61,232 nt of DNA from Klebsormidium nitens. Its lineage: Eukaryota; Plantae; Klebsormidiophyceae. Below, piece by piece: positions 59,011-61,232 of the stretch (position 1 is its first letter; the number at the start of each line of letters is the position of its first letter). The stretch lies in assembly GCA_000708835.1 (NCBI GenBank), contig DF237498.1:1-61232 (forward strand), read 5' to 3'. The notes beneath the pieces were generated by a model. The model worked only from the letters and a program-made list of their open reading frames with translations. It made no database searches and was not told where the DNA came from. Position numbers and translations under genes: made by a program.

Positions 59011-61232
59011 CTACAGAAAATCAGAAAGTTGATCGATCTTAGACGACAGGGCCAGCTCGCTCTCGGCCGTTATGTTACTATGCAACTTTATCACCCAAGA
59101 CCTCTTAACACAACGGAGCCGCCTCCAAAAGGTCACCCAAACGTACTCCGAGGCTTGGACCGCTTGCCACAAAGTACGTGCTAACTGAAAGAGGATGCTA
59201 AGCAGAGACAAGCTGATCGACATGACGAAGAGGTTCTGGTCGACGTAGTATCGATTGGCCCTCGAACTGCCAAGCAGATAGACGACAGTCTGGAAGATGG
59301 CCTGTGGCACCGTACGCAACAAGAGCTCGATCAAGGAGCGCGAGTCAAACCAAAGGTCCAGACTATAAACGTTCTTTCCGACAACCGGATGGAAGCCAAG
59401 CTTGTCAAGGAAGGCAACGATGTCGAGGAAAAGGACGGCCGGGATGCCCAGGGGCCAAACGACTAGCAACACTGCCCACTGCAGGGGGTTAAGAGCGCGC
59501 CGGGGGAAAGTTTCCCCTACGTCCATCTGCGGAGGAGGCCATATCCACTTGAGCCCCAGATTCCACGCTCCGGGGAGAAGATCACCGGAGACCCAGCCCT
59601 CGGAAATGGACAGGGTCCCGATGACATAGGGGGCGATGATGCAACCTAGGAACACCCACTGTGGCCAGGCTCTCCACACATCAAGGAGGACGCGGATGTC
59701 TGTGTAGAAGTCATACCAGACGACGGCGGACCCAACGATGCCGAGAAGGTAAAGAACCATGTCAATCAACATGCTCCTCTTGCCCTGTGATCCCACCCTA
59801 CCCCACACGCTTCGACAACGAGCAAGGGCCCAAGCGGTAAAAACTTCTGCTATTAAGGAAGCACCAAAGGTCGCATACATGACGGCCACGACCGTCGGGG
59901 CCTCCGGATTGCTGCAAAGATTTCCAGTTGCGGAATGGACCAGGGATGCACCAACCCCTGTTGTATACGATTTACCACCGGGACCCAGAACAATTTTGTC
60001 GACAAAGGTCGGGTCCGTCAGGTTGTATACGCGACCATCGATGCTTAGAGAGCTGTTGAAAAGCCCGCCGTTCCTTAACTGCTCCGTTACTATCCCCTCG
60101 ACGAAAACTGAGACTCTGCCCAGGCAGATCTCCCGCTTAGTGCCACTGGACAACTCGGCTCCAGTGCCTTGTAGATCGACCACACAGCCCTCGCTGCACC
60201 AACCCCCAAACTTTATAGTCTTAAGAGCCGGGTTCAAGCCAGTCAGATTTACCACTTTGCAAACTGGAGGGGCGAATGAAAGGTCGAGAACCTCTGTGGA
60301 TTGATTAGGAAACGCTATATGGAGAACTGAGAGCTTTCTACTCTGTCCCACCCATGATGGAGGTGAGCATGGAAGGCCCATCAGATTGAGCGATTGAAAG
60401 GGTGTACCAACATAATTGCAGGCTATCCCTGTCGTCTCAAGACGCAGGTTTTGTAGAACTGACAGGTTGCCAAGGCTTGCGGGGATGGGGCCAGAAAGCT
60501 TGTTGTTGGAGAGGTCGAGCTCGGCAAGGTCGGTCAGGCTCCCGAGCTCTGGGGGTATGGAGCCGGAGAGATCGTTTGAGGAGAGGTCGAGGGTGTTTAG
60601 GTTGGTCAGGCGGCCGAGCTCGGAAGGGATGGAGCCGGATAGGTTGTTATTGTAGAATCGGAGAACTTCTAGGCTGCTCAGGCTGCCAAGCTTGTGGGGG
60701 ATGGAGCCGGAGAGGTTGTTGTTGTAAAGGTTGAAGTCAGTCAGGCTGGTCAGGCTGCCAAGTTCAGGGGGAATAGGGCCCGAGAGGTTGTTACTATAGA
60801 GATCGAGGAAAGTGATTTTTGTCAGGCTGCCGAGCTCAAGGGGGATGGGGCCGGACAGGTTGTTGGAGAAGAGGTAGAGGCTTTCTAGGCTGGTCAAGCT
60901 GCCGAGCTCGCGGGGAATTGGGCCGGACAGGCTGTTGTTGTAGAGATCGATAAAGTGGAGTTTGGTCAGGCTGCCGAGCTCGGGTGGAATGGAGCCGGAG
61001 AGGTTGTTGGAGTTCAAATAGAGGTCGGTCAGCTTGGTCAGGCTGCCGAGCTCGATGGGAATAGAGCCGGAGAGGTCATTGATGGACAGGTCCAAGTACG
61101 ACAAGTTGGTCAGGCTGCGGAGCTCTGGGGGGATTTGACCAGAGAGGCTCTTGTTCCGGAGATCGATGTGGTATTGAATGCCATTGTTTTGTCCCGAACG
61201 GGAACCATTGACAATCTCCTCTAGTGTTGTTG
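59011..61232 (-). CDS. LRR receptor-like protein with a multi-pass (XK-related-like) C-terminal membrane domain, 5' end outside the window
   Basis: The frame is open to the window edge. About 10 plant-type 24-aa LRRs (LxxLxLxxNxLSGxIPxELGxLT). The C-terminus has several hydrophobic helices with YDFYTD and ELLLRTVPQAIFQ. No kinase motifs. Confidence 0.85.
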   Translation of the reverse strand, partial: TTLEEIVNGSRSGQNNGIQYHIDLRNKSLSGQIPPELRSLTNLSYLDLSINDLSGSIPIELGSLTKLTDLYLNSNNLSGSIPPELGSLTKLHFIDLYNNSLSGPIPRELGSLTSLESLYLFSNNLSGPIPLELGSLTKITFLDLYSNNLSGPIPPELGSLTSLTDFNLYNNNLSGSIPHKLGSLSSLEVLRFYNNNLSGSIPSELGRLTNLNTLDLSSNDLSGSIPPELGSLTDLAELDLSNNKLSGPIPASLGNLSVLQNLRLETTGIACNYVGTPFQSLNLMGLPCSPPSWVGQSRKLSVLHIAFPNQSTEVLDLSFAPPVCKVVNLTGLNPALKTIKFGGWCSEGCVVDLQGTGAELSSGTKREICLGRVSVFVEGIVTEQLRNGGLFNSSLSIDGRVYNLTDPTFVDKIVLGPGGKSYTTGVGASLVHSATGNLCSNPEAPTVVAVMYATFGASLIAEVFTAWALARCRSVWGRVGSQGKRSMLIDMVLYLLGIVGSAVVWYDFYTDIRVLLDVWRAWPQWVFLGCIIAPYVIGTLSISEGWVSGDLLPGAWNLGLKWIWPPPQMDVGETFPRRALNPLQWAVLLVVWPLGIPAVLFLDIVAFLDKLGFHPVVGKNVYSLDLWFDSRSLIELLLRTVPQAIFQTVVYLLGSSRANRYYVDQNLFVMSISLSLLSILFQLARTLWQAVQASEYVWVTFWRRLRCVKRSWVIKLHSNITAESELALSSKIDQLSDFL

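Overview
Eukaryotic, intron-rich DNA with four N-gaps. The gene set and GT-AG/GC-AG intron style point to a streptophyte alga such as Klebsormidium (inference). Bases 1-43.6 kb hold four spliced host genes whose exons I joined by hand with consistent phases: (1) an OMA1-type M48 metallopeptidase (+, 612-10942) with two mutually exclusive 152-nt versions of the exon completing the HExxH motif; (2) a secreted modular protein (-, 26778-12891) with Cys-rich modules, Pro/Thr linkers and a C-terminal domain of unknown function; (3) an At1g16860-like membrane protein (+, 30046-36671); (4) an ISS1/VAS1-type aromatic aminotransferase (-, 43536-37415) with a GC-AG intron. Introns of genes 1-3 carry graded tandem echoes of their own splice junctions. 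Bases ~43.6-58.9 kb form a virus-like island. It holds a spliced ~1800-codon gene fusing a ubiquitin-like domain, an archaeo-eukaryotic primase and a UL9/origin-binding-type SF2 helicase (one frameshift), a nested phage/giant-virus-like gene and two small orphan genes. It also has at least eight length-conserved 71-73-bp palindromes (GGACCACACCTTG-N45-47-CAAGGTGTGGTCC) seen nowhere else in the window. This primase-helicase plus palindrome pairing is the best candidate for an undescribed system. The window ends inside an LRR gene whose C-terminus is a multi-pass, XK-like membrane domain rather than a kinase. All family assignments come from motif recognition and memory, not database searches.
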